A stretch of 64,000 nt of DNA from Nitrospira sp. (lineage in GTDB: Bacteria > Nitrospirota > Nitrospiria > Nitrospirales > Nitrospiraceae), in NCBI GenBank assembly GCA_047150005.1, contig AP038806.1:3840001-3904000 (forward strand). The letters are read 5' to 3'. Position numbers and translations under genes: made by a program. Positions 47,716-57,515 of this stretch are shown piece after piece. The stretch's first letter is position 1; each line of letters starts with the position of its first letter. The notes below the pieces were generated by a model, which saw only the letters and a program-made list of their open reading frames with translations, did not search any database and was not told the DNA's origin.

Positions 47716-49116
47716 CTATGGATCACCCGCTTTCAAGACGACGTAGAAGGCTCGGTTTTCCCGCAGCACGCGCAAGAGGACGGTCTCACCACGGCGGATC
47801 TTCGAGACGGCCGCCGTGAATTCACCGACCGACCCGGCGTCGACGCGGTTGACTTCTTTAATCAGATCGCCCTCCCGCAGCCCTTCGGATTGGGCCAGGC
47901 TTCCCGGTTCCACTTTGGTAATCAGCACGCCTCGGGTTTCCCGCAACCGAAACTTGTCCGCCAATGCGGCCGTCAGATCCTGAAGGTCCAGCCCCAGCTT
48001 CACGTCCGTGCGCGACGGCGGCAGGGAGGCGACCACGGCTTGATCCCGTCGTTCACTCAGGGCGACGTCCAGCACCATGCGTTTCTTGTCCCGCACCACC
48101 TCGACCTTGGCCGTAGCACCCGGTTGCAACCCCGCCACGACTCGGGAGAGACGGTTGGGGGTGTCCACCACCGTGCCTTCGATCCGTGTGATGATGTCGC
48201 CCGGTTTGATGCCGGCCGCCGCCGCCGGATCCTTCTCGAATACTTCATTGACCAGCACCCCTTCGTTTTCCGTCACTCCGAACTTCCTGGCCAGCTCCGG
48301 CGTCAGCGGCTGGATGCCCACACCCAACCATCCCCGGACGACACGGCCTTGGGCCACCAACTGCTGCAGCACCTGCTTGGCCATATTGGACGGAATGGCA
48401 AACCCGATCCCTTGCGCAAAGTTGATGATGGCGGTATTGATGCCGATCACCTCGCCACGCAAGTTAAAGAGCGGCCCGCCGGAGTTTCCCGGATTGATCG
48501 AGGCGTCAGTCTGAATAAAGTTCTCGTAGCGCGACAGATTGACGTTCTCGCGACCGATCCCGCTCACGACACCGAGCGTCACCGTCCGATCTAACCCGAA
48601 CGGATTGCCGACGGCCAAGACCCATTGCCCCACGCGCACTCCGGACGAATCGCCGAACTTGGCATAGGGGAGAGGACGGTCGGCGGTGACCTTCAGGACG
48701 GCCAAGTCCGTATCCGGATCCTTGCCGACGACCTGCGCGATCAGCTTTGATTTGTCGGAGAGTCGTACTTCAACTTCGCTCGCATCCCCGATCACATGAT
48801 TGTTCGTGACGATATGGCCGTCGGGATCGATGAGGACGCCGGAGCCGGAACCGGGAGAGTTCGGAGTCCGCTCCTGCAGAAAATCCCGTCCCTTTCCGCT
48901 CGGGCTCACCGGAAACAGATTGACCACCGACGGCTTAGTCGTCTCGGCCAGCTCGGTGATGACCGCTTGAATCTCCTCCAACATCTGCAGACCGGTCGCC
49001 CTCCCAGCCTCCGCAGCTCCCACGCCCGTGCGCTGAACAGAGACGATAGACACCACAAGGGTCGCCAGCATGATGAGCAGGGCAGGGGGTCTTCTGAACG
49101 AAACTATTGGTGTCAT
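47716..49116 (-). CDS. degP: Do/DegP-family serine protease with two PDZ domains
   Basis: TNNHV, TDLAVLK, TDASINPGNSGGPL, two PDZ domains. Confidence 0.9.
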   Translation of the reverse strand: MTPIVSFRRPPALLIMLATLVVSIVSVQRTGVGAAEAGRATGLQMLEEIQAVITELAETTKPSVVNLFPVSPSGKGRDFLQERTPNSPGSGSGVLIDPDGHIVTNNHVIGDASEVEVRLSDKSKLIAQVVGKDPDTDLAVLKVTADRPLPYAKFGDSSGVRVGQWVLAVGNPFGLDRTVTLGVVSGIGRENVNLSRYENFIQTDASINPGNSGGPLFNLRGEVIGINTAIINFAQGIGFAIPSNMAKQVLQQLVAQGRVVRGWLGVGIQPLTPELARKFGVTENEGVLVNEVFEKDPAAAAGIKPGDIITRIEGTVVDTPNRLSRVVAGLQPGATAKVEVVRDKKRMVLDVALSERRDQAVVASLPPSRTDVKLGLDLQDLTAALADKFRLRETRGVLITKVEPGSLAQSEGLREGDLIKEVNRVDAGSVGEFTAAVSKIRRGETVLLRVLRENRAFYVVLKAGDP

Positions 49117-49182
49117 GGTCTCGGCAGTGTACACCACCAGGAATCGAGAAACATACGGGAGGTCGTCGGATCAGTCATCTCG

Positions 49183-49821
49183 CTAAATGGGCTTGACTTT
49201 TCGGGACGTCCCGAACCAGGTCGCTACCTGGTCCAACTCGGAACGCGACCCCATGACCACGACGACATCATCCGGCTGGAACACCAAGGAGTCGGACGGC
49301 GGGATGAGAAACGGTCCCCGAAACACAGTGATCACTCGGACCGATGCCGGGAGCGTCAGATCCGAGGCATGTTTTCCGATGGCAGGAGCGCGCCGGGCCA
49401 CGAACATCCGTTCCAGCGCAACCGAATGCAGACTCAAGTCGCGCTGCAGCGTCAGCAGATCCTCGTGAATGGTTTCCATCTTCAATTCGCGGATCTGTCC
49501 GTCGACGCGGTGCAGGGCCTGCTTCAGATCACGGACACGTCCGACCGACTGATCCAATGTCCGTTGGAACTCGTCCGGCGTGATCGAGAGGCTGCCCCGG
49601 CCGGCCGATATCTTGTCGGAAATGACGTCGGCAATCCGGTGCCCCAATTCGCCGTGCGCGCTTTCGATCTGGCTCAAGAGCTGGGCGGCCTGGCTGTGCA
49701 GACGCAGGATGTGGACCTTCCGATTGACACGCTCCGCCACCGCCACGACCGATTCGTAGACGGCGTTGCCGGTCAGCGACAGTTCTTTCTGTAAGCGGCC
49801 GATGAATTCCAGGGGCAGCAT
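49183..49821 (-). CDS. Coiled-coil plus TrkA-C (RCK_C) domain protein
   Basis: Helical N-terminus; C-terminal APAIGK...DL.LP....I.VFRG..LIPP.....FQPDDVVVVMG. Confidence 0.75.
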   Translation of the reverse strand: MLPLEFIGRLQKELSLTGNAVYESVVAVAERVNRKVHILRLHSQAAQLLSQIESAHGELGHRIADVISDKISAGRGSLSITPDEFQRTLDQSVGRVRDLKQALHRVDGQIRELKMETIHEDLLTLQRDLSLHSVALERMFVARRAPAIGKHASDLTLPASVRVITVFRGPFLIPPSDSLVFQPDDVVVVMGSRSELDQVATWFGTSRKVKPI

Positions 49822-49837
49822 CCGACGATTATCTCTT

Positions 49838-49865
49838 GTGTCTGATAAGGGTTATTATGTAAACT
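49838..49865 (+). other. dif: dif chromosome dimer-resolution site (XerC/XerD)
   Basis: GTGTCTGATAA-GGGTTA-TTATGTAAACT, 11-6-11 layout; right arm matches the B. subtilis dif arm TTATGTAAACT; intergenic; KOPS polarity and gene orientation converge here. Confidence 0.85.
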
Positions 49866-50126
49866 TGCAGCTCTTGCCCTATGCCGCACCGCACATCTTG
49901 TCACATCTGTCCCGTACGTGGCCACCTCCAGCCGCATATGTCTACGCTAGCACAGCCCGACTCTTGACCGCCACATTGCCGAAGAATGGATACGAACCGT
50001 CATGAATTGGTCGAGCGGAAGCGAACCGAGCCACAGCGTCAATCACGAGTGGATCGTCACCTTGCTGATGTATATCGGCGTGTATTGTCGCAGGCACAGG
50101 AACGGATTCCGCAACCTCGACCTGTG

Positions 50127-50639
50127 TTAGGCCGGTCCTTTCCGCATCAAGTCCCGAAGCACCTGAATAATGACTTCAGGTCTGGGTGGGCACCCCGGAA
50201 TCCGGACATCGACCGGCACATGGCGATCGACCGGCCCGGTCACCGCATAGCTCCCTTTGAAAAGACCGCAGTTGATAGCGCAATCGCCCAGCGCGATCAC
50301 CAGTTTTGGATCCGGAGTTTGTTTATGGACATCCTTCAACGCCTGCTCCATGTTCACCGTAACCGGACCGGTAACGACCAAGGCATCCGCGTGCCGGGGC
50401 GACGCGGCGATATGAATGCCGAATCGCTCGCTGTCATGGACCGGGTTCGTCAGGGCATTCATCTCCATCTCGCAGGCATTGCAGGAGCCGGTATCGACTT
50501 CCCGGATGGTCAGGGAGCGCCTGAAGGGCGCGGCTTTCTCACGGGCCTCTGCGGTCACTGCATCGGGCGCCCCCTGTGCATCAGGGTGACGGCCCGTCAC
50601 GACGCCCGTTTTGAGACTTTTCTTCAGAATACGAAACAT
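50127..50639 (-). CDS. hyfI: Ehr/Hyf small subunit (HyfI/HycG/NuoB-like)
   Basis: DTGSCNACE, SPRHADAL.VTGPV, GDCA, IPGCPP. Confidence 0.85.
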   Translation of the reverse strand: MFRILKKSLKTGVVTGRHPDAQGAPDAVTAEAREKAAPFRRSLTIREVDTGSCNACEMEMNALTNPVHDSERFGIHIAASPRHADALVVTGPVTVNMEQALKDVHKQTPDPKLVIALGDCAINCGLFKGSYAVTGPVDRHVPVDVRIPGCPPRPEVIIQVLRDLMRKGPA

Positions 50640-50651
50640 ATGTCCCTCCGG

Positions 50652-52241
50652 TTAAAGATCGTTCCCGGCGTACGAAAGATTGAAGCTCTTGTTGATGAGT
50701 GGAAAATCGGGAATGATGTTTCCCGTCGCAGCCCATTGAATTGCCGGCCAGTTCACAAAAGACGGGTCGCGCACTTTGCACCGATGAATCCGACCTTGGT
50801 CACCCGCCATGACGAAATAGAGAATTTCTCCCCGCCAGCCTTCGACGGCTGAAACGGCCCAGTTACCTGGTACCGGAAGCTCGTTCGATTCAGCGACGAG
50901 CCCTCCCGGTGGAATCAGTCGAGCAATCTCACGGATGAGGCGCACGGATTCGTGAATCTCATCCATGCGCACCCGAAGACGCGCGCGCACATCGCCGTAC
51001 CGATACAGCGCTACCCTCACGGGCATTTCGTCATAGGCTGCAAACGGGCGATCGCGCCGTACATCCTGATCGAGTCCGGATGCCCGTCCGACAACACCGA
51101 CGACGCCATGGTCCCAGGCAATCCGTTCCGTCAGGACGCCGGTGGTTTCGAGACGATCGGTTAGGGAAGCGTTGGCCAGAATGATACCTTCAAGCTCCGA
51201 GAAATCCTGCTCAATCCGATTCAGTTCGTCGATCGTCCCATCAAATCCCCTTTGGTCTACGTCACAAGCGACCCCTCCAAGACACAGGGCCCCGCGCAGG
51301 AAGCGTGAACCGGTTAGCCGATCATTCAGCTGCATGACCTGCTCCTTCAGGCGACTGGAATGGGCGTGCGCCAGCGTATAGGCCGTGTCGTTGCATATCG
51401 CGCCCACATCGCCCAGGTGATTGTGGAGTCGTTCGAGTTCCAGAAAGAGCGAGCGCAGATAGCGGGCTCGCCGCGGCACCGTCATGTGCATGACCGTCTC
51501 CACGGCCTGGCAGTACGCGAGCCCGTGACCGACCGTAGTGTCACCTGAGATCCGTTCGGCCAGCGGCAGTGCGCCCGTCAGCATCTGTTGCTCAAACAAT
51601 TTTTCGACGCCACGATGCTTCCAAAAATGACGCACCTCAAGCTGCATGATGGGTTCGCCCGCGACGGAGAAGCGGAAATGGCCCGGTTCGATAATACCGG
51701 CGTGGATCGGACCGACCGGCACGTCAAACACGCCTTCCCCTTCGATATGGCGGAATCGATACTCGCCCGGATGCCGTCCCAATACCCGATCCCAGGGAAA
51801 GTCCTTCTTGAGCGGATGCGTTCCCTTGGGCCAATGCTCATGCCGGATCAAGCGACGCAGATCCGGATGGCCCTGTGGAATCAATCCAAACTGGTCACGA
51901 ATCTCCCGTTCATACCATTGCGCCGCATGAACCGACGGTGTGATCGACGGAAAGAGCCGCTCCCTCCTCGCCTGCTCCAGCGTCAGGAGCACCCAAGGCC
52001 GGTGCGATTCCAGCGCGAACAAGTACTGAATCTCGTGTCGGTCCACGGTTGGCGCATCGTCGACGGCGAACAGCAGGGCCACCCGCCCCCGTAGCTTGCC
52101 ATGCAGATACCTGCAGAGTGCCGGCAGGTTGGCGGAATCAATGCGATATTGCAGCATGCCTGCGCGGGCCGACGATGCCGCCGGCAACATCGGGAAGGTT
52201 TCGCGAAGCTGCTGATCGATCAATGAATCATCTCGCATCAT
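50652..52241 (-). CDS. hyfG: Ehr large subunit (HyfG/NuoCD-like) lacking the NiFe CxxC motifs
   Basis: WYERE..D.FG....GHPD.R; VGPIHAGIIEPGHFRF; ERISGD; ELERLHNHL; EGWRGE; DFPLINKSFNLSYAGNDL. Confidence 0.85.
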   Translation of the reverse strand: MMRDDSLIDQQLRETFPMLPAASSARAGMLQYRIDSANLPALCRYLHGKLRGRVALLFAVDDAPTVDRHEIQYLFALESHRPWVLLTLEQARRERLFPSITPSVHAAQWYEREIRDQFGLIPQGHPDLRRLIRHEHWPKGTHPLKKDFPWDRVLGRHPGEYRFRHIEGEGVFDVPVGPIHAGIIEPGHFRFSVAGEPIMQLEVRHFWKHRGVEKLFEQQMLTGALPLAERISGDTTVGHGLAYCQAVETVMHMTVPRRARYLRSLFLELERLHNHLGDVGAICNDTAYTLAHAHSSRLKEQVMQLNDRLTGSRFLRGALCLGGVACDVDQRGFDGTIDELNRIEQDFSELEGIILANASLTDRLETTGVLTERIAWDHGVVGVVGRASGLDQDVRRDRPFAAYDEMPVRVALYRYGDVRARLRVRMDEIHESVRLIREIARLIPPGGLVAESNELPVPGNWAVSAVEGWRGEILYFVMAGDQGRIHRCKVRDPSFVNWPAIQWAATGNIIPDFPLINKSFNLSYAGNDL

Positions 52242-52253
52242 CCCCTCGTAGAG

Positions 52254-53768
52254 CTAGCCTCCGCCAAGCAATGCGGAGGCCATGTCAAGCAACTGACGGA
52301 GAGGCGAGGGCAAGACCCAGCATAGTCCTACAAGGAGCACGCCGAGAAGGACGAGCGAGAGATGTCCTGTCGACCAGGGTTCTCCCCGTGTTACTGCCGC
52401 CGGAGCGGCTCCCCAGACCATCCCGGTGATCCGGTAGAGCAGCGCGGAGAAGGCCACAAGGTTGCACAGCAGCAAGAGCAGAATGGAACCGCCTACGCCA
52501 TGGCTCCCCCACCCCCCTGGCAGCCCCGATGTACCGAGCGCGGTCACGATCTGCATCTCGCTGGCGAAGAGCGCGAAGGGCGGCAGCGCCGCCAAGGCCA
52601 GCCCCGCGACCAACAGCGCCAGCGCCGACCCGGGCATCACGCTGGCCACCCCATGTACCTCCCCGATCTCCACCGTCTTATACCGCCGGTGAATGTTGCC
52701 GGCTGCAAAGAACGCCAGCGACTTTGCGAAGGCATGATTCACCAAGTGGAACAAGCCCCCGAAGATGCCGATCGACCCGCCGACGCCGAATCCGACCATC
52801 GCCAACCCCATGTGCTCAATGCTCGAGTACGCGAGCATCCGCTTGTAGTTGTGCTGCAGAAGCAGAAACAAGGCCGCAATCGAAAAGGAGAGCAGACCAA
52901 ACAACGCCAGCAGACTGCCGGAGAACTCCGGCGAGACGGCCTGATCCACGATCCCTCGGCTTCGCAGAATAGCGTAGACGGCGACTGTTTCCAGTACGCC
53001 CGCGAGCATGGCGGCCACCGGCGCCGGCGCTTCGGCATAGGCGTCGGGCAACCAACTGTGCATCGGCACGAGACCGACCTTCGTCCCGTAGCCGACGAAG
53101 AGAAACACGAACGCAAGTTTTAGAATATGCGGATCCAGCTGCGCGGCGATCGCCTGCAACTGGGTGATGTTGAGGGCCGAACTCACGTCGCCGAGTACGT
53201 GCAGCGATGAATAGTACATCAGCACGACGCCGAACAAGGCCAGCGAAATCCCGACCGAGCAGAGAATCAGATATTTCCACCCGGCCTCCAGCGACTCACG
53301 CCGCCTCCAGAATGCGATCAAGAATGTCGTGGCCAATGTCGTCGCTTCGATGGCCACCCATTGCACGCCGAGGCTGTTGGTCACCGTCGCCAGCACCATC
53401 GCCAGCAGGAACATGTGAAACAGGAAGAAGAACAGGTTCAGACGATTCGGCGCGACGGTTCCCCTGGCCACTTGCTCATCCATGTACGAACGCATGTAGA
53501 GCGAGCACGCCAGGCCCACGATGCCGATGATGAACAGAATCATCGACGAAAGCGCGTCGATGTAGACCATCTCGTCGAATGCCGTCACCGACCCCTGCGT
53601 CAAGACGGTCCGCGCGATCAGGATTTCCGCGGCAACCAACAGGCCCATGCTGGCGAGATTCACCAGATGGAGTTGCCGGGACGTGCGAATGAGAAGACTC
53701 CAGCATCCGGCCGCGAACGGCGCGCACAGGAGCACGGCCGCGGCCATGGTCGTGATCGTGACCGTCAT
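52254..53768 (-). CDS. hyfF: Antiporter-like membrane subunit (HyfF)
   Basis: WVAIEATTL, LEAGWKY, GYGTKVGLVPMHSWLPDA, KRMLAYSSIEHMG. Confidence 0.88.
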   Translation of the reverse strand: MTVTITTMAAAVLLCAPFAAGCWSLLIRTSRQLHLVNLASMGLLVAAEILIARTVLTQGSVTAFDEMVYIDALSSMILFIIGIVGLACSLYMRSYMDEQVARGTVAPNRLNLFFFLFHMFLLAMVLATVTNSLGVQWVAIEATTLATTFLIAFWRRRESLEAGWKYLILCSVGISLALFGVVLMYYSSLHVLGDVSSALNITQLQAIAAQLDPHILKLAFVFLFVGYGTKVGLVPMHSWLPDAYAEAPAPVAAMLAGVLETVAVYAILRSRGIVDQAVSPEFSGSLLALFGLLSFSIAALFLLLQHNYKRMLAYSSIEHMGLAMVGFGVGGSIGIFGGLFHLVNHAFAKSLAFFAAGNIHRRYKTVEIGEVHGVASVMPGSALALLVAGLALAALPPFALFASEMQIVTALGTSGLPGGWGSHGVGGSILLLLLCNLVAFSALLYRITGMVWGAAPAAVTRGEPWSTGHLSLVLLGVLLVGLCWVLPSPLRQLLDMASALLGGG

Positions 53769-54433
53769 TCTTTCAACTCGCTGAGCCGGCTGGTGTCCAC
53801 GCTGTCAAACGCGTCCTGCAGCCGGTTCGTGTAGATGCCGGCGATCAGTGCCGCGACCAGCACGTCGAAAAAGACGCCCAGTTCGACGATCAAGGGCATG
53901 CCGTAGGTGGCCGCAGTCGCACCCAAGAACAGTCCGTTTTCCATGACCAGAAAGGCAATCAACTGGGTGACGGCCTTCTGCCGCGCGATCATGGTGAAGA
54001 ACCCGATCAGGACGATGGCCAGTGCGATGGCGAGCGAGTTCCGCGTCAGCAGATGGCCGAACGAGATGATCGGCCGGGTAATGAAAAACGCGGTCATCAC
54101 CAACGCGCCGCAGATCAGCAGGCTAGCCGGGACATTGACGTTCATGACGAGCTCGCGCGTCACGTTCAACCGCTCGATCACTCGACGCAGCACGTGGGGG
54201 ATGACGAGGCCCTTCACGGCCACCGTCAACGCGGCGGCGATATAGATGTGTCGCGTCCCGGTCAGAAACGCCACCAGCGCGGCGGTCATCGCGAGAAACA
54301 TGGACTGCACGGCGAACAGATCCACGCACGCGGAAAGCCGCCGCTGGGCCACGATCGCAAAACACGTCAGCAGCAGCATGGCCGATCCGAGATCCACGAG
54401 CTGTGAGCCGACATGGGTGGTAAGCCAGGACAT
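53765..54433 (-). CDS. hyfE: Membrane subunit HyfE
   Basis: VKGLVIP..L, FLVMENGLFL, MPLIVELGVFFD. Confidence 0.85.
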   Translation of the reverse strand: MSWLTTHVGSQLVDLGSAMLLLTCFAIVAQRRLSACVDLFAVQSMFLAMTAALVAFLTGTRHIYIAAALTVAVKGLVIPHVLRRVIERLNVTRELVMNVNVPASLLICGALVMTAFFITRPIISFGHLLTRNSLAIALAIVLIGFFTMIARQKAVTQLIAFLVMENGLFLGATAATYGMPLIVELGVFFDVLVAALIAGIYTNRLQDAFDSVDTSRLSELKE

Positions 54434-54434
54434 G

Positions 54435-55400
54435 TCAATCTTGCAGAATATAAAAGAACAAGAGTCCCAGCAGCGCCAGGATAAACGCGACGCCAAGCAG
54501 GTCGGTGACGCGGAAGAGCCTCAGCTTGGCAAACATACATTCGATCAGACCGATCAGCGCGGCCAGAACCGAAACCTTCACGACATAGACCGTGGCTCCG
54601 ATCGCCAGCGCCTGGGATGTCGGACTCGTGGCGATACCCCACGGAAAGAAGACATTGGCGATGAGCGTCAGAAACACCAGCAGTTTGATGGCCGACGCCC
54701 ATTCGAGCAGGGCTAGGTACCGACCTGAATACTCCAGAATCATGGCCTCATGAATCATGGTGAGCTCGAGATGGGTTGCCGGATTGTCGACCGGGACGCG
54801 GCCCGTTTCTGCGAGAGTCACGATGAATAGTGCCGCAAGCGCCATCAGGCGCGGCACCGGATCGCTGGCCACGCCTTCCATCAGCGCGGTTTTATGAACG
54901 ATGGTGCTCAGGTTGGTCGACCCGGCCGTTAACGCGATCGCGAAGATGGATAGGATCATCGCAGGTTCGGTCAAGGACGCGATGATCGCCTCGCGGCTGC
55001 CGCCCATGCCGCCGAAGGCCGATCCGGCGTCGAGCCCGGCCAAGATCAGAAAGAACGTGCCCAGGGCGAACAAATAGACGAGCGCGATGATATTGCCGGC
55101 AAAACTCAACGGAACCTGGGAGACGATGACCGGGACCAGCAAGCCGGCCGTCAGCGTCGAGCCGAAGACGATGTAGGGCGTCGCCGTGAAAATCCACGAG
55201 GTCGTCGTGGAAACGGCCGGCTGTTTCCTGAATAACTTGACCAGATCGAAGTAGGGCTGGAAAAGACTCGCCCCCCGGCGGCATTGGAGCCGGGCCTTCA
55301 GCTTACGAATGAGTCCGACGACGAACGGCGCCAGCATCAATAGCATCAGCGCCTGGGCGACCGAGATGGCCATGGCGGACAGGATCGCCGGGATCGGCAT
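54435..55400 (-). CDS. hyfC: NuoH-like membrane subunit HyfC
   Basis: KARLQ.RRG...QPY.DL.KL, GSAFGGMG.SRE, AETGRVPVDNPATHLELTMIHEAMILEYSG. Confidence 0.88.
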   Translation of the reverse strand: MPIPAILSAMAISVAQALMLLMLAPFVVGLIRKLKARLQCRRGASLFQPYFDLVKLFRKQPAVSTTTSWIFTATPYIVFGSTLTAGLLVPVIVSQVPLSFAGNIIALVYLFALGTFFLILAGLDAGSAFGGMGGSREAIIASLTEPAMILSIFAIALTAGSTNLSTIVHKTALMEGVASDPVPRLMALAALFIVTLAETGRVPVDNPATHLELTMIHEAMILEYSGRYLALLEWASAIKLLVFLTLIANVFFPWGIATSPTSQALAIGATVYVVKVSVLAALIGLIECMFAKLRLFRVTDLLGVAFILALLGLLFFYILQD

Positions 55401-55414
55401 CTGCTTCGCTTTCG

Positions 55415-57442
55415 TTACAGGGCAATCAACAACAGCAGCACGAGCGTGACGAATATATAGGCCAGGTAGACGTGAAGACTCCCCGCCTGGATCACCCGCA
55501 ACCTGCCGGCCAGTGCGGGAATCACGGCGGCGACCGGCTGATACAGGTACGTTTCGAAGATCGGCTCGATGCGCACGGTGAAACGTCGGCTCTTGGCGAA
55601 GTATTGCGATTCGTGCAACAAATCGGTTTCGAGTTTGACGGTCGGTCGATAGATTGTGCCGAACACCCGCTTGATCGGTTGAACGAAACCCGTAGCCGTA
55701 TATTCCATTCGAGGCGAAAGTTTGAGACCGCATCCCCAGGTTCTGACGTACCGCTTTGCGTGCCAACCTCCCGCCAGCGCAGTCAGCGCCAGCGCAGCCA
55801 TGGCGGATCCCGCCAGGAGCAGCGCCAGGAGCGGTGACGAGAGGCTGGAAAACTCGGCCCCGACCGGGATCACGGTCCATCCGCCCAGGGCGAGCATCTG
55901 CGCGGCAATCGAATTCCCGATCATCGGCTGAACGGCGTGATCCAGCAACGGCACGACGACCGTCGGCGCCAGTCCCAGCAGCACGCACACGGCTGCCAGC
56001 ACGACCATGCCGGTCCGCATGGTCCAGGGCACTTCTTCGGCGCGCCGCGCATGGGAGCTGCGCGGCAGGGCCAAGAACGAAATGCCGAATGCTTTGGCGA
56101 AGCAGACCAAAGCCAGGACTCCGGTCAACGCGAGCATGGCTGCGGCAAGCGGCAGCATCAGCTTCATCAAAAGCGAGGGAACCTGCACGCTCTGGAAGAG
56201 GGTTTGAAAGACCAGCCATTCGCTGACGAAGCCGTTGGTGGGCGGCAACGCAGAAATGGACACGGCGCCGATGAGGAAACAGGCGCCGGTCCAGGGCATG
56301 CGGCGCAGCAAGCCGCCATACTCTTCCACATTGCGGGTCTGGGTGGCGGAGAGCAACGATCCGGCACCGAGAAACAACAAGGCCTTGAACAGCGCATGGT
56401 TCACAGTGTGATACAGGCCGGCCAGCAGGCCAAGCGCCGCCAGATCCTCCAGTCCATAGGCGTGAAACAACATGCCGGCTCCCACGCCCAGCAGAATGAT
56501 TCCGATGTTCTCCACGCTATGATAGGCCAGGAGCCGTTTGAGATCGTGTTCCATCAGGGCGTACATGACGCCGAGCACGGCGGAGACCGCGCCGATCGCC
56601 AGGACCATGAATCCCCACCACCAGGGAAAGTGACCGCCGAGAAAATCAAACATCACGCGCAAGAAACCGTAGATGGCCGTCTTGATCATCACGCCGGACA
56701 TAAGGGCCGAAACATGCGAGGGGGCGGCGGGATGCGCATAGGGCAACCACACGTGCAGGGGGACTATGCCCGCCTTGGTTCCGAATCCGACCAGGGCCGC
56801 CAGGAAGACCATGGTCTGCAACGCATCCGGCAACGCCTGTTCGGGATGGCGAAATGCCTCGAACGAGAACGTGCCTCCCCCCTGAAACAGCAGCAAGAAC
56901 GTCACGACGATGAACATCGTTCCGAGGTGAGTCATGACCAGATACAGAAAGCCGGCATGCCGCACGTCGGGGTCTTCGTGGTACGTGACGACGAGCAGAT
57001 AGGAGACTAAGGACATCAGTTCCCAGGCGATAAGGAACAGAAATCCGTTGTCGGCGAGGACAACGAGGGCCATCGCGCAGAGAAACGCGTTGAAAAGGGC
57101 GCCTACCACGGCCGGCGACACATACGGCGGCACATGCCGCAAATAGCCGACGGCATAGACCGCCGTGGCAACGCCGACAAGCGAGATGGTCAAGAGAAAA
57201 AACGATGCCAACGCGTCCAGGCGGACGGCAAACACCAGAAGGGGGATCGACGACGACCACGCCAGCGTCAGCGGTTCCGCCGCCGCGAGTCCGGCGGCGC
57301 CAATAACGATTCCCAGCGCCGCGGCGCCCCCCGCGCAGCCGTGAGCGAGCAGGACTTGAAGTTTCGGTCGACCCGGAATGCTGAGCGGAAGGGCGATTCC
57401 GGCGGCGTACAGTCCCAACATCGCTATCAGCAAAGTGGTCAT
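55415..57442 (-). CDS. hyfB: NuoL-like antiporter subunit HyfB
   Basis: WELMSL.SY, GFGTKAGIVPLHVWLPYAHPAAPSHVSA, KRLLAYHSVENIG, W.CG....RMEYTA. Confidence 0.9.
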   Translation of the reverse strand: MTTLLIAMLGLYAAGIALPLSIPGRPKLQVLLAHGCAGGAAALGIVIGAAGLAAAEPLTLAWSSSIPLLVFAVRLDALASFFLLTISLVGVATAVYAVGYLRHVPPYVSPAVVGALFNAFLCAMALVVLADNGFLFLIAWELMSLVSYLLVVTYHEDPDVRHAGFLYLVMTHLGTMFIVVTFLLLFQGGGTFSFEAFRHPEQALPDALQTMVFLAALVGFGTKAGIVPLHVWLPYAHPAAPSHVSALMSGVMIKTAIYGFLRVMFDFLGGHFPWWWGFMVLAIGAVSAVLGVMYALMEHDLKRLLAYHSVENIGIILLGVGAGMLFHAYGLEDLAALGLLAGLYHTVNHALFKALLFLGAGSLLSATQTRNVEEYGGLLRRMPWTGACFLIGAVSISALPPTNGFVSEWLVFQTLFQSVQVPSLLMKLMLPLAAAMLALTGVLALVCFAKAFGISFLALPRSSHARRAEEVPWTMRTGMVVLAAVCVLLGLAPTVVVPLLDHAVQPMIGNSIAAQMLALGGWTVIPVGAEFSSLSSPLLALLLAGSAMAALALTALAGGWHAKRYVRTWGCGLKLSPRMEYTATGFVQPIKRVFGTIYRPTVKLETDLLHESQYFAKSRRFTVRIEPIFETYLYQPVAAVIPALAGRLRVIQAGSLHVYLAYIFVTLVLLLLIAL

Positions 57443-57515
57443 CGATTGCGGGTTCCGGACGGACCCGATGTCCTTGGCGCGGGAGACGACCGATCTCGTC
57501 GCGAAGCGGCGATGA

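Noticed and set aside
54435..56219. 594-aa version of the hyfC ORF, and similar N-terminal extensions (1721-2887, 40343-41476, 43100-43753, 58997-60595)
   Set aside because: The extensions overlap real upstream genes; homology starts at downstream ATGs
50652..57442. Formate hydrogenlyase or H2-evolving hydrogenase
   Set aside because: NiFe cysteines are absent, and there are no fdh or hyp genes in the window
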